From Azolla caroliniana (taxonomy: Eukaryota > Plantae > Polypodiophyta): a DNA stretch of 64,000 nt. Where the stretch lies: positions 15,872,001-15,936,000 of the forward strand of contig JBHGNT010000018.1 of NCBI GenBank assembly GCA_043228905.1, given 5' to 3'. The notes beneath the pieces are model-generated. The model worked only from the letters and a program-made list of their open reading frames with translations. It did not search any database and was not told the DNA's origin. Shown piece after piece: positions 35,785-47,839 of this stretch (positions within the stretch are counted from its first letter, which is position 1; each line of letters begins with the position of its first letter). Both the position numbers and the translations under genes were made by a program.

Positions 35785-36668
35785 GTCTTCTCCCTTAGCA
35801 ATGAAGCCATCTCCTGGAGCAGCAAAAAGCAGCCAAGCATTGTTGAGCATCGAAGCCAAATACATGTGCACGGTCGGCGCCACATGTGGAAGCCATTTGG
35901 CTCAAGAGAATCTTGAAGGATTTGAGCATTCCTATCAAGGATCCGATTCTCCTCTATTGGGACAACATGAGCAGTATTCACCTCGCTCGGACTAAGCACA
36001 TTGAGGTGCACTACCATTTTATCTGGGAACATGTCCTAGCCAGAGATGTCGACCTGCAACACATCAACACGAATCTGCTAACGACCGACATCTTCACCAA
36101 GGCCCTAGGAGTCGACAAGTTGCAACAGTTCATGACGAACCTGGGTCTTTCGACCATCAACCAACCGAGCTTGAGGGGGAGCAAGGAATAGCAGGAGTGA
36201 ACCGGCCATTCGAAGCTGAAACCGAAGCCGGAGTCAACTCAAAGCCGACCCGAAGACCAGTCTGAACCAACCATCCGACGATTGGAAGTTGATTTTGAAG
36301 AGGAGTGATGAGAATCAAACTCAACTTCTCGTGTATGGGAAGTTACACACTCTAAGATACTCAAGTGTGTGTGACCACCCCACCTCCTTGTATATTAACT
36401 AGTGTGTCATAGAAGGTAATATCCTATGACATATTCTTGAAAATAGTTAAGACTCAACTTCTTTCCCAAGAGGCACCTCTAGTGAGAGAACCTAGAGAGA
36501 AGGTGACTACATAAGCACCTTCTCCTTCTCTTTTGTAATGTTGGTCATTCTTGTTTCCTTGTAATACAGTTTTCTGATTTTCCGTAACCTTGAGCTCTCT
36601 CTCTCTCTATCTCTCCACACAAACACACACAGTTCTTCTGCTGCATAGAATCCATCTTATTCGTTACA
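35785..36668 (+). mobile_element. 3' end of a copia family E-like element (RNase H, extension, PPT, 3' LTR 36306-36668)
   Basis: ISWSSKKQP, TKHIEVHYHF, DIFTKAL. GAAGAGGAG followed by TG at 36306 and ..TTACA at 36668. Confidence 0.75.
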
Positions 36669-37560
36669 CCTTTAAACCGCCAGATTCAAAACCAAACTGA
36701 ATAGAAACCAAACCGACCTAACACTTTTAAAACCAAACCAAAAGGTCTATTTATATTTGAACCAATAAACCATTAAGCCATGGTTTAATGGTTCGGCTCG
36801 ATTTGAGCCGAAATTGTGCCCATTGCTAGTAATAGGTGAGGGTATTCTTAGCATTTTAATATATTTATGGGGTGTGTGTGTGTGTGTCAAGGGTAGTTGT
36901 CAATTTTTTCATATGTTTTTATTAGTTGTAAAGTGTAAAGAGCAAGGTTGTTAGGTACGTTAGATAAGGTACGGATACCATACGTATATAACGTATTAAT
37001 ACGCTTATGTGCCCATTGCTAGTAATAGATGAGGGTATTCCTAGCATTTTAATATATTTATGGGGTGTGTGTGTGTGTCTTAAGGGTAGTTGTCAATTTT
37101 TTCATATGTTTTTATTAGTTATAAAGTGTAACACGCAAGGTTGTTAGGTACGTCAGATAAGGTACAGATACCATACATATATAACGTATTAATACGCGTA
37201 TAATACCTCCCAATTTAAAAATACGTTAAATACTTTTTTTATCTGTTAAATACTTATAAAATACATAAAATACGTATACTACGTTAAATACTTCTAGAAT
37301 TTGAAAATTATTTACCTTTCTAAAAAATATTTGTAATATTCTAAAAAGCATCTATGTTTACACAATTTTGTGATGTACATTATAGTTCTACATCCTTAAA
37401 GGCATATAAGACATTTGAACATTTCATATCCTAAAATACTTATAATATGGATGTTGACATTCACTTATTCTATAAATCAGTGTGAGTGTGTATCACGATG
37501 TTCTATTTCAAATTGTAATTATTTACGATTATGCCATCATAGATTGAGGAATCGTCTACA
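36669..37560. mobile_element. AT-rich DNA-transposon debris: hAT-like end with AACC(G) subterminal repeats, and a second element start CAAGGTTGTTA with AATACG repeats
   Basis: AAACCAAACCG repeats end in TGCCCATTGCTA at 36817-36828 (reverse complement TAGCAATGGGCA, hAT-like TIR). No ORF. Confidence 0.4.
36815..37200. repeat. Tandem duplication, 193-bp period
   Basis: TGTGCCCATTGCTAGTAATAG at 36815 and 37008. Confidence 0.9.
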
Positions 37561-37990
37561 ATTATCACACTCAGGATAGGTTTTTGTCTTCTTTTCTCTC
37601 TTCTTCATCATCTTTTCTTCTATCTTCTGTGATTATCACAGTCAGAGTCAGGACAAGTTTCTGTCTTCTTCTCTCTCTTCTTCTTCTTCTTCTTCTTCAT
37701 CGTCATCTCTTTTGTTCTTCTTTCTTCCTTCTGTTTGCTTCTGTTGAGCGGCAAGCTCAACCGGATCAGGATCGCCTGAATAAGCATGAGTCGAATCGTC
37801 ATCCAGAAGGATGAGTCAGATCGGTGAGCTAGTGAGCAAGTGAGCCGGTGAGCTAGGGGCCGGTTAGCGGAATCAAGCAGTAATCGGAAGCCTAGTAGCA
37901 GCCTAGACTACTAGGTAATTAATGTCTCGTAGTTAGTGTCAGACGCTCGTGTGAGCATTGAAGTACATTGTACCTCTGTCAATCCTCTTA

Positions 37991-38090
37991 GGACTCCAAA
38001 CTATCACTATCTCAAAAGAATACAACAGGGGGCACAGAAGCAACAACCTCGTGCTCACTCTCTTCGTCTGGCGGCGGTTACAACAAAGAA

Positions 38091-38138
<48 letters not shown>

Positions 38139-38272
38139 GCTTTGTACATTAGTTACACCAATAACTTTATACAAAATAATGACAACAACTCAATAATCAT
38201 CCTCAAGAGTTTGCCCTAGGTCATATTTATACTAATATGACTTTCGGGCTATTTACAGATATAGCCCCAGTG
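37991..38272 (-). repeat. Extra internal fragment of the family D LTR at an inversion breakpoint
   Basis: Near-identical to ~47674-47973 and inverted relative to ~38893-39148. Confidence 0.9.
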
Positions 38273-39338
38273 TCGGCTGATGCGGATACCAGCCAGTCAA
38301 CATCAGGATATGTTATGACATATGCAGGGGGAGCTATTTCGTGGCAATCAAGGCTACAGAAGACGGTTGCGTTGTCAACCACAAAAGCGGAGGACATGGC
38401 AGTTGTGGAAGCCCACAAGGAAATACTATGCATGAAGGACTTCATCGAAGAGCTAGGGATATGGCAAGAGGAATACCGGCTCTATTGCGACAATCAAAGT
38501 GCCATCCACCTTGCGAAGAACGCGACGTATCATTCTAGGACGAAGCACATCCCGCGGAGGTACCACTGGATCCGGGAGCGAGTTGAAGATCCAGAGTTCG
38601 TGATAACGAAGATCTCCACGGAGGAGAACAGGTCGGACATGCTGACCAAAGTGCTGACACCCGACAAGCTGGACGCATGCCGAAAGCGAATTGGACTAAC
38701 CAAACATCCCATGCCACAGTGAAGGGGGAGTTTGTTGGGATTTTGGTCCCTCCAGATGGGATGATGAAGGCCCAGTGAGAACCAGATGATGTGTACCCGG
38801 TAAGGAAGATCCGGTGAGAACCGGATGATGCAGGCCCGGTGAGACCCTCTCACCGGATGAAGGGACATATATGTAAATATGTTCCAGAGAGCCCACTGGG
38901 GCTATATCTGTAAATAGCCCGAAAGTCATATTAGTATAAATATGACCTAGGGCAAACTCTTGAGGATGATTATTGAGTTGTTGTCATTATTTTGTATAGA
39001 GTTATTGGTGTAACTGATGTACAGAGCATAACATAGAGAGAGAGAGTGATTCTTTGTTGTAACCACCGCCAGACGAAGAGAGTGAGCACGAGGTTGTTGC
39101 CTCTGTGCCCCCTGTTGTATTCTTTTGAGATAGTGATAGTTTGGAGTCCGTGGGCTCCCGTGGTTTTTCCCTCTCAGGGTTTTCCACGTTAACATCATGT
39201 GTACTCTCTTGCTCATATTGTTTGTGTGTACGTGCATTTACCTTCATTTCCCATTTCCTCTCTGGTTGTGATTCTAACGAAGTGATTGAACTCTCGGTTG
39301 TGGCCGAGATATATTCCGCACACGCATATTCCGCGTCA

Positions 39339-39825
39339 CTAGACCCCCAAGACAGATCTACACCATCTCATCTTCCTCTACAGTGACGTTGATAGAGGCA
39401 AGTGAGTCACAGATCTCTTTGATTCAGGCCGTGTAATTGGCTACCGACATGTCCTTCTGTCGGACATTGCTCAACTCCTGTTGGAGTTGCAGCTTCCAGG
39501 CCGTAGTACTTGCCGCAAAAACCTTCTTCAGGTTTCCCCAAGCTTCTTTTGGCGTCTTGGCATCTCAGACATCGCTCAGCAGCTGGTCTCCGACACTGGA
39601 CGCAAAGCAGTACATCACTCTGTTTGCCACTTGTTCCCACACTGGGAAGTCCTTGTGTGTTGTATTAGGTGTTGTGTCACTAGCTCCGTCAACATAGCTC
39701 CAGTAACCATGCCCAAGCAGGTACTGGTGCATCTTGTATGACCAAGATGCGTAGTTTGATCTGTCAAGCTTCTCCACCGGGAGCGAGCTAGTCATTCCTC
39801 TGTCCATCACTTCTCTTCCTGTTCT
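39339..39825 (-). pseudogene. gag: Inverted 5' gag fragment of the family E host element
   Basis: MDRGMTSSLPVEKLDRSNYASWSYKMHQYLLGHGYW..ICLGGL, which continues as LASKFKAIRTAV at 48135 on +. Confidence 0.85.
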
Positions 39826-41061
39826 TACCGGAGCTGAATCGGAGACACATACTTGAGGTTCCTTTCCAGTATCAGAGTATCCATTTTACCACATTCCAGT
39901 GCTCCTTGCCGGGATTGCTCATAAACCGGCTCAACACTCCGACTGCGTATCCGATATCCGTTCGGGTACACACCATTGCGTACATTAAGCTCCCGACGAC
40001 AAAGGCATATGGTATCTTCATCATATCCGCCTTCTCTAACTTCATCTTTGGGCTTTGCTTACCGGATAACCTACAGTTTGCCGGGAGTGTCGATCCGACC
40101 GCTTTCGCATCTGACATGTTGAACCGTTGAAGCACCTTTGTCACGTATTTCTCCTATGACAGCCACAATTGCTTCTTTGACTGGTCCCGGATGATATGCA
40201 TCCCCAGTATCTGTCTTGTCGGACCCAAGTCTTTCATTGAGAAGGTCCGGTTAAGGGCCTTCTTAAGCATCTGAATCTTCTCTTGGTCCTGTCTGACGAT
40301 CAACATGTCGTCCACATATAGAAGCAATATCAGGAAGTCTCCTCCGTCGAATTTCTTCACAAATACGCAGTGATCGGCCTGCGTCTTGTGGTACCCTTGA
40401 TCGGTCATGAAAGAGACAAATTTCTGGTACCATTGCTGAGAAGCCTGCTTCAAACCATAGAGGCTCTTCTTCAACCGGCAGACCAGGTGCTCCTTCCCTT
40501 TCTTCACAAATCCCTCCGGTTGCTGCATGTAGATCTCCTCTTCGAGGTCGCCGTGGAGGAACGTTGTCTTCACGTCTAACTGCTCTACCTCGAGGTCCAT
40601 GCTTGCCGCTATGCTCATCACTGTCGGGATTGAAGTCATCTTTACTACCGGGGCAAATATCTCGTCGAAGTCCACTCCCTTCTTCTACTAGAACCCCTTC
40701 ACCACAATCTTGGCTTTGTATCTTGGGGGGTTACCGGCATCTCCCGGTTTCAGCTTGTACACCCACTTGTTTCGGAGTGCCCTCTTTCCTTTCGGCAACT
40801 CCACCAATTCATACGTGTGGTTCTCATGAAGGGAATCCATCTCATCCTGCATGGCACTCAGCCACTTGCAACTATGGGTGTCATCCTTCACTTCTTCGAA
40901 GCTTTCCGGCTCCCCCTCATCGGTCAGCAACACATGCTCTGCATCCGGAAATCTTCGGGGGGCTCTTCTTTCCCGGAGAGGATATCTCCGTCTTTGGTTT
41001 TCAGTAACCGGCTCTTGCGTCTTGTTGGGAGACAGGTCCCTCCAGATGGGAAGGGAGAAGA

Positions 41062-41279
41062 ACGGTACGAGGAGCACCCGGCTACGGTGAGCCGGATGAT
41101 ACAGGCCCGGTATGAACCGGATGAGGAGTACCCGGCTACGGAGAGCCGGATGATAGAGGCCCGGTATGAACCGGATGAGGAGTACCCGGCTACGGAGAGC
41201 CGGATGATAGAGGCCCGGTATGAACCGGATGAGGAGTACTTGGCTACGGCGAGCCGGATGGTGCAGACCCGGTATGAAC
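41062..41279 (+). repeat. 54-bp U3 tandem array, 4 units (C1 5' LTR)
   Basis: Unit CGGATGAGGAGTACCCGGCTACGGAGAGCCGGATGATAGAGGCCCGGTATGAAC. Confidence 0.92.
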
Positions 41280-41778
41280 CAGAGGAACAGACATATTCGT
41301 AAATATGTTTCTTAGAGCCCATTGTGGCTATATTTGTAAATAGCCGGAAAGTCATATTAGTATAAATATGACTTAGGGCAAAACTAATGTTGTTGTCATT
41401 TTTCTTGTTGGTGCAAGAAGAAGAGATAGCACGTAACGTTGTACAGAGAGAGAGAGAGAGAGGTCGTTGCCTCTATTGTAACCACCGCCTGTGGCGAAGA
41501 GCGTGAGTCCGAGGTCATTGCCTCCGAGAACTCACTGTTTTGTACATTCATACATAGTGACAATTTGCAGCCTGTGGGCTGCCGTGGTTTTTCCCCTAGT
41601 TTGGGGTTTTTCCACGTAAACCTCCTGTGTAGTGTGTGTATATCTTCCTCTCCTTTGTGTCGTGCATTTTATTACCTATTTTTCTGTGTATGAAAAGAAG
41701 CTCGGTTGTGGCCGAGCATTGCCATAAGGAACGTCCAGTTCCCGTCAAGTGGTATCAGAGCGAAAATCGACACAGAAA

Positions 41779-44700
41779 ATGGACGAATCGTTTGGCGGCA
41801 TGTTCAAGCTCACCGGCTCCAACTATTCAGTGTGGAAGTTGAAGATGAGGGACACGCTCGTTGTTAAAGACCTCTGGTTGCCGGTTCAGTTCGGGGACAA
41901 GAGACCGGACAAAATCGACGTCGCGATATGGGAGGTGATGCACATGAAGACAACGGCGTACATACGGTGCTTCATTGACATGAGCCTATACAACAACTTG
42001 AATGAAGAGAACAAGGCTCATGAGCTCTGGGAGAAGATCGGCATAATGTTCCAGAACAAAAATGTTGTCAATCAGGTGTCGGTATTCCGGAAGCTAGTAA
42101 GACTCTGGTACCAAGATGGCTCCAGCATGGCGGAGCACATGAATGCCTTCCAGGGGCTGATACACCAGGTAACGTCATTGGAAGTACCTCTTGCCAACGA
42201 GGTACTAGCGCTACTCCTACTCGATTCCCTCCCGGATAGCTGGGAGACTTTGGTTGTCACTTTGGGCAACGCCGGGCCGGAAGGAAAACGGTTATCCCTA
42301 GCAAGAGTAAAGTCGAGCCTGCTAGATGAGGAGGCGCGTCGGAAAGACAAAGATACGAGCTCCGACTCCAAAGCGCTTCTTACCGAATCGGAACGTGGAA
42401 GACATAGAAACCGTAGTCCCCAGAACCGGGAGAAGTCGGGGACATGGACAAAGTCAAGGGGGAGGCCTACTTGCTTCTATTGCAGCAAGCCGGGACACTT
42501 CCAAAAGAACTGTCGGCATTTCCGTAAAGACAAGGAAACCGAGGGTACCGATTCGAAGAAAACCTCAGACTGAAATGGTAAAGACCGGAGGGGGCCGGAC
42601 CAGAAGGGAACGACGGCAATCGCGGCAAGTGAAGAAGAGTTGATGCTCATCACCGAGGAGTGTGAGATAAACCTTGCCGGCGACGAGATGACCTGGGTGG
42701 TAGACTCCGGAGCATCGTTCCACCTTACCCCGGACCGGAAATGCTTCTCATCCTACTCAGCCGGTGACCACGGCTATGTCCGGATGGGGAATGAACGTAC
42801 ATGCCGGATTATCGGCATAGGAGACGTGTGGTTGTCAACACCAACCGGATGCAAGTTGCTGCTGAAGGATGTCCGACACGTTCCGGAAGTTCGTTTGAAC
42901 CTGATATCAGCCGGTCGGTTAGATGATGAAGGCTACACAGGTAGCATCCGGAACGGTGTCATGAAATTCAGCAAAGGGAGCCTGATTGTGGCTCGGGCCC
43001 GGAAGGTAAACACACTATACCTGATGAATGCCCGGTTATGTCTGGAAGAAGTGAACGTGGCATCCGACACTGCCGGTGAGCTGTGGCACAAGAGGCTGTG
43101 TCATATGAGCGAGAAGGGGATGAAGAGGCTTGCAGATGACAACCTCATTCCAGTGAAGAACGTGCACTTAGAGAAGTGCACTGATTGTCTGGCCGGTAAG
43201 CAGAACCGGACCTCCTTCCGACCAAGGCCACCGATGAGACGTAATGCACCACTAGAGTTGGTGCATACGGATGTGTGTCAAGTAGACACGAAGTCACATG
43301 CCGGAGCGCAGTACTTCGTGACGTTCATAGATGACCACAGCCGGAAGCTGTGGCCCACACCACTGAAAACGAAGGATCAGGTGCTATCCGTCTTCAACGA
43401 GCTCCACACGAGAGTGGAAAGAGAAACCGGCCGGAAGCTAAAGGCGGTTCGAGCAGATAACGGAGGAGAGTACCGGGGGCAGTTCGAGGAGTACTGCCGC
43501 TCGAAGGGAATCCGGCTCGAATTTACCGTGCCAAAGACGCCGAAACTAAACGGACTGGCCGAGAGGATGAACCGGACCATAATGGAGAGGGTCCAAAGTA
43601 TGCTAGCGCACGCAAAACTACCCAAGAAGTTTTGGGCTGAGGCACTGTCGACGTCGACATATGTGATAAACAGATCACCCTCAGTACCCTTGGACGGAGA
43701 CACACCACAGAGAGTATGGACCGGTAAGGAAGTGCCCTACCGGCATCTGAGGGTATTCGGGTGTCTCACTTACGTGCATGTAGCTAAGGACCGGAGAGGT
43801 AAGTTAGATCCAAAGACCCGGCCATGCATATTCCTCGGTTACGGTGACGATGAGTTCGGCTACCGAGTGTGGGACCCGGTCGACAAGAAGGTATTCCGGA
43901 GTTGAGATATTATCTTCATGGAGGACAAGATGCTCGCCGACTGGGAGTCGGAGAAGAAGATAATGAACTCTGAGTCGACCGGTAAGGATATACTCTACGA
44001 TGAGCAGACCCAACCGGCAAGAGACCGGTTAGCACTCGAGGAACCAGCCGGTTACGGTGAGGATACCGAACCGGCAGAAGAAGAAGTAGAGGAAGTTGAG
44101 ACCGGAATCGGCCAAGACCCCGAATCGGATTCAGATGAAGAGCAAATGGAGGAGCCGGATACCGAAGCCCGAAGACGTAGATATCCTCACAAAGAGAGAA
44201 GGGCCCCCCGGAGATTTCCGGATGCAGAGCATGTCCTGCTGACCGATGAGGGGGAGCCGGAAAGCTTCAAAGAAATGAAGGAAGACACCCATAGCCGAAA
44301 ATGGTTAAGTGCCATGCAGGATGAGATGGATTCCCTGCATGAGAACCATATGTACGAATTGGTGGAGCTGCCGAAAGGAAAGCGGGCACTCCGAAACAAG
44401 TAGGTGTACAAGTTGAAACCGGGAGATGCCGTCAACCCCCCGAGATACAAAGCAAGGATCGTGGTGAAGGGGTTCCAGCAGAAGAAAGTCGTGGACTTCG
44501 ACGAGATATTCGCCCCGGTAGTAAAGATGACCTCCATCCGGACGGTGTTGTGTATAGCAGCAAGCATGGATCTCGAGGTAGAGCAGCTAGACGTGAAGAC
44601 GGCATTCCTTCATGGCGACCTCGAAGAGGAAATCTACATGCAGCAACCGGAAGGATTTGTGGAGAAACGGAAGGAGCACCTGGTATGGCGGTTGAAGAAG

Positions 44701-45825
44701 AGCCTGTACGGACTGAAGCAGGCTCCCCGGCAATGGTACCAGAAGTTCGACTCCTTCATGACCGATCAAGGGTACCATAAGACGCAGGCCGATCACTGTG
44801 TGTTTGTGAAGAAGTTCGAAGGAGGGGACTTCCTAATACTCCTCCTATACGTGGATGACATATTGATCGTCGGACGTGACCAAGTCAAAATACGGATGTT
44901 GAAGAAGGCTCTAAACCGGACCTTCTCAATGAAAGACTTAGATCCGGCAAGACAGATGTTGGGTATGCGCATCATTCGGGACCGGTCAGTGAAGCAATTA
45001 TGGCAGTCATTGGAGAAGTATGTGACAAAGGTGCTTCACCGGTTCAACATGTCAGAAGCGAAACCGGTCGGATCAACACTTCCAGCAAACTGCAGGCTAT
45101 CCGGCAAGCAAAGCCCGAAGACGAAAGCAAAGAAGGCGGATATGATGAAGATTCCATATGTCTCTGCCGTCGGGAGCTTGATGTACGCAATGGTTTGTAC
45201 TCGACCGGATATAGGATACGCAGTCGGAGTGGTGAGCCGGTTCATGAGTAATCCCGGCAAGGAGCATTGGAACGTGGTCAAATGGATACTCCGGCATTTG
45301 AAGGGCACTTCAAATATGTGTCTCCGATTCGGCTCTGGAAAACCTCAACTGGACGGTTTCACCGATTCGGACATGTCGGCTGATGTGGATACCAGCCGGT
45401 CTACATCCGGGTATGTAATGACATATGCAGGGGGAGCTGTTTCATGGTAGTCGAGGCTGCAGAAGACGGTTGCATTGTCAACCACGGAGGCGGAGTACAT
45501 GGCAGCTGTGGAAGCCGGCAAGGAAATCTTATGGATGAAGGACTTCATCGGTGAGCTCGATATACGGCAAGAGGAATACCGACTCTATTGCGACAGTCAA
45601 AGTGCCATCCACCTTGCTAAGAATGCGGCCTACCATTCCCGGATGAAGCATATCCAACGGAGGTATCACTGGATCTGGGAAAGAGTAGATGACCAGGAGT
45701 TCGCACTGACGAAGATCCACACGGCCGAGAACGGGTCAGATATGCTGACCAAAGTGCTGACTCTCGACAAGTTGGATGCATGCCGGAAGAGAATCGGACT
45801 GGAAAGACACCCTATGCCGGAGTGA
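41779..45825 (+). pseudogene. pol: C1 gag-pol, single reading frame with four premature stops
   Basis: ORFs starting at 41749, 42640, 43918, 44404 and 45475 share one frame. Motifs CFYCSKPGHFQKNC, WVVDSGAS, RADNGGEY, LLYVDDI, FTDSD. Confidence 0.95.
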
Positions 45826-45923
45826 AGGGGGAGTTTGTTGGGAGACAGGTCCCTCCGGATGGGAAGGGAGAAGAACAGTGCCGACAAACAAACTCGGCCG
45901 AGGCCGATAGATGGAAGCCGAAA

Positions 45924-46194
45924 CGGTATGAGGAGCACCCGGCTACGGTGAGCCGGATGATACAGGCCCGGTATGAACCGGATGAGGAGTACCCGGCTAC
46001 GGAGAGCCGGATGATAGAGGCCTGGTATGAACAGGATGAGGAGTACCCAGCTACGGAGAGCTGGATGATAGAGGCCCGGTATGAACCGGATGAGGAGTAC
46101 CCGGCTACGGAGAGCCGGATGATAGAGGCCCGGTATGAACCGGATGAGGAGTACCTAGCTACGGAGAGCCGGATGGTGCAGACCCGGTATGAAC
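45924..46194 (+). repeat. 54-bp U3 tandem array, 5 units (C1 3' LTR)
   Basis: Same unit, with an 18-aa periodic translation. Confidence 0.92.
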
Positions 46195-47773
46195 CAGAGG
46201 AACAGACATATTCGTAAATATGTTTCTGAGAGCCCATTGTGGCTATATTTGTAAATAGCCGGAAAGTCATATTAGTATAAATATGACTTAGGGCAAAACT
46301 AATGTTGTTGTCATTTTTCTTATTGGTGCAAGAAGAAGAGATAGCACGTAACGTTGTACAGAGAGAGAGAGAAAGAGGTCGTTGCCTCTGTTGTAACCGC
46401 TGCCTGTGGCGAAGAGCGTGAGTCCGAGGTCGTTGCCTCCGAGAACTCACTGTTTTGTACATTCATACATAGTGACAATTTGCAGCCTGTGGGCTGCCGT
46501 GGTTTTTCCCCTAGTTTGGGGTTTTTCCACGTAAACCTCCTGTGTAGTGTGTGTATATCTTCCTCTCCTTTGTGTCGTGCATTTTATTACCTGTTTTTCT
46601 GTGTAAGAAAAGAAGCTCGGTTGTGGCCGAGCATTGCGCATAAGGAACGTCCAGTTCCCGTCACGTTTGTTCTTCATCCGAATCTGATTCGGGGTCTTGT
46701 CCGGTTCCGGTTTTAGCTTCCTCTCCTTCTGGAAATGCCCCAGCTTCCCACAGTAGAAGCAAGTGGGCCTTCCTCTTGACTTTGATCGTGTCCCCGACTT
46801 TTCCCTGTTCTAGGAACTCTGGTTCCTTTGTCTTCCGCGTTCCGATTTAGTAAGGAGCGCTTTGGAGTTGGAGCTCATATCCTTGTCTTTCCGATGCGCC
46901 TCCTCATCTAGCAAGCTCGACTTCACTCTTGTTTGGGATAATTGTTTTCCTTCCGGTCCGGCGTTGCCCGATGTGACAACTAACGTCTCCCAACTATCCG
47001 GGAGGGAACCGAGCAGGAGGAGAGCAAGTACCTCATCGGCGAGAGGTACTTCCAACGAGGTTGCCTGGTGAATCAGCCCCTGGACGGCATTCATGTGCTC
47101 CACCATACTTGATTCATCTTGGTATCGAAGCCGCACTAGCTTCTGGAATAGTGAAACCTGATTTACAGCATTTTTGTTCTGAAACATAATGTCGATCTTC
47201 TCCCAGAGCTCATGAGCCTTGCTCTCTTCATTGAAGTTGTTGTACAGGCTCATGTCGATGAAGCACCGTATGTACGTCGTTATCTTCATGTGCATCACCT
47301 CCCATATCGTGGCATCGATCTTGTTCGGTCTTTTGTCCCCGAACTGAACCGGCAACAAAAGATCTTTAACCACGAGCATGTCCCTCATCTTCGACTTTCA
47401 CACTGAGTAATTGGAGCTAGTGAGCTTGAACATGCCTCCAAACGAATCTTCCATTTTCTGTGTCGTTGCTCTCTAATACCATATTGACGCGGAATATGTG
47501 TGTGCAGAATATATCTCGGCCACAACCGAGAGTTCAATCACTTCGTTAGAATCACAACCACAGAGGAAATGGGCAATGAAGGTAAATGCACGTACACACA
47601 AACAATATGAGCAAGAGAGTACACAGGATGTTAACGTGGAAAACCGTGAGAGGGAAAAACCACGGGAGCCCACGGACTCCAAACTATCACTATCTCAAAA
47701 GAATACAACAGGGGGCACAGAGACAACAACCTCGTGCTCACTCTCTTTGTCTGGCGGCAGTTACAACAAAGAA

Positions 47774-47774
<1 letters not shown>

Positions 47775-47836
<62 letters not shown>
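47775..47836. repeat. (CT)n microsatellite in the family D LTR
   Basis: Long CT run. The equivalent runs at ~38093-38134 and ~39034-39046 are shorter. Confidence 0.9.

Positions 47837-47839
<3 letters not shown>

Larger units (their letters stand above)
41023..46663 (+). mobile_element. Full-length Tnt1/Tork-like copia element C1, TSD CGT(C/T)T
   Basis: LTRs 41023-41747 and 45836-46663. PBS at 41750-41761. PPT AGTGAAGGGGGAG. Flanks CGTCT/CGTTT. Confidence 0.95.
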
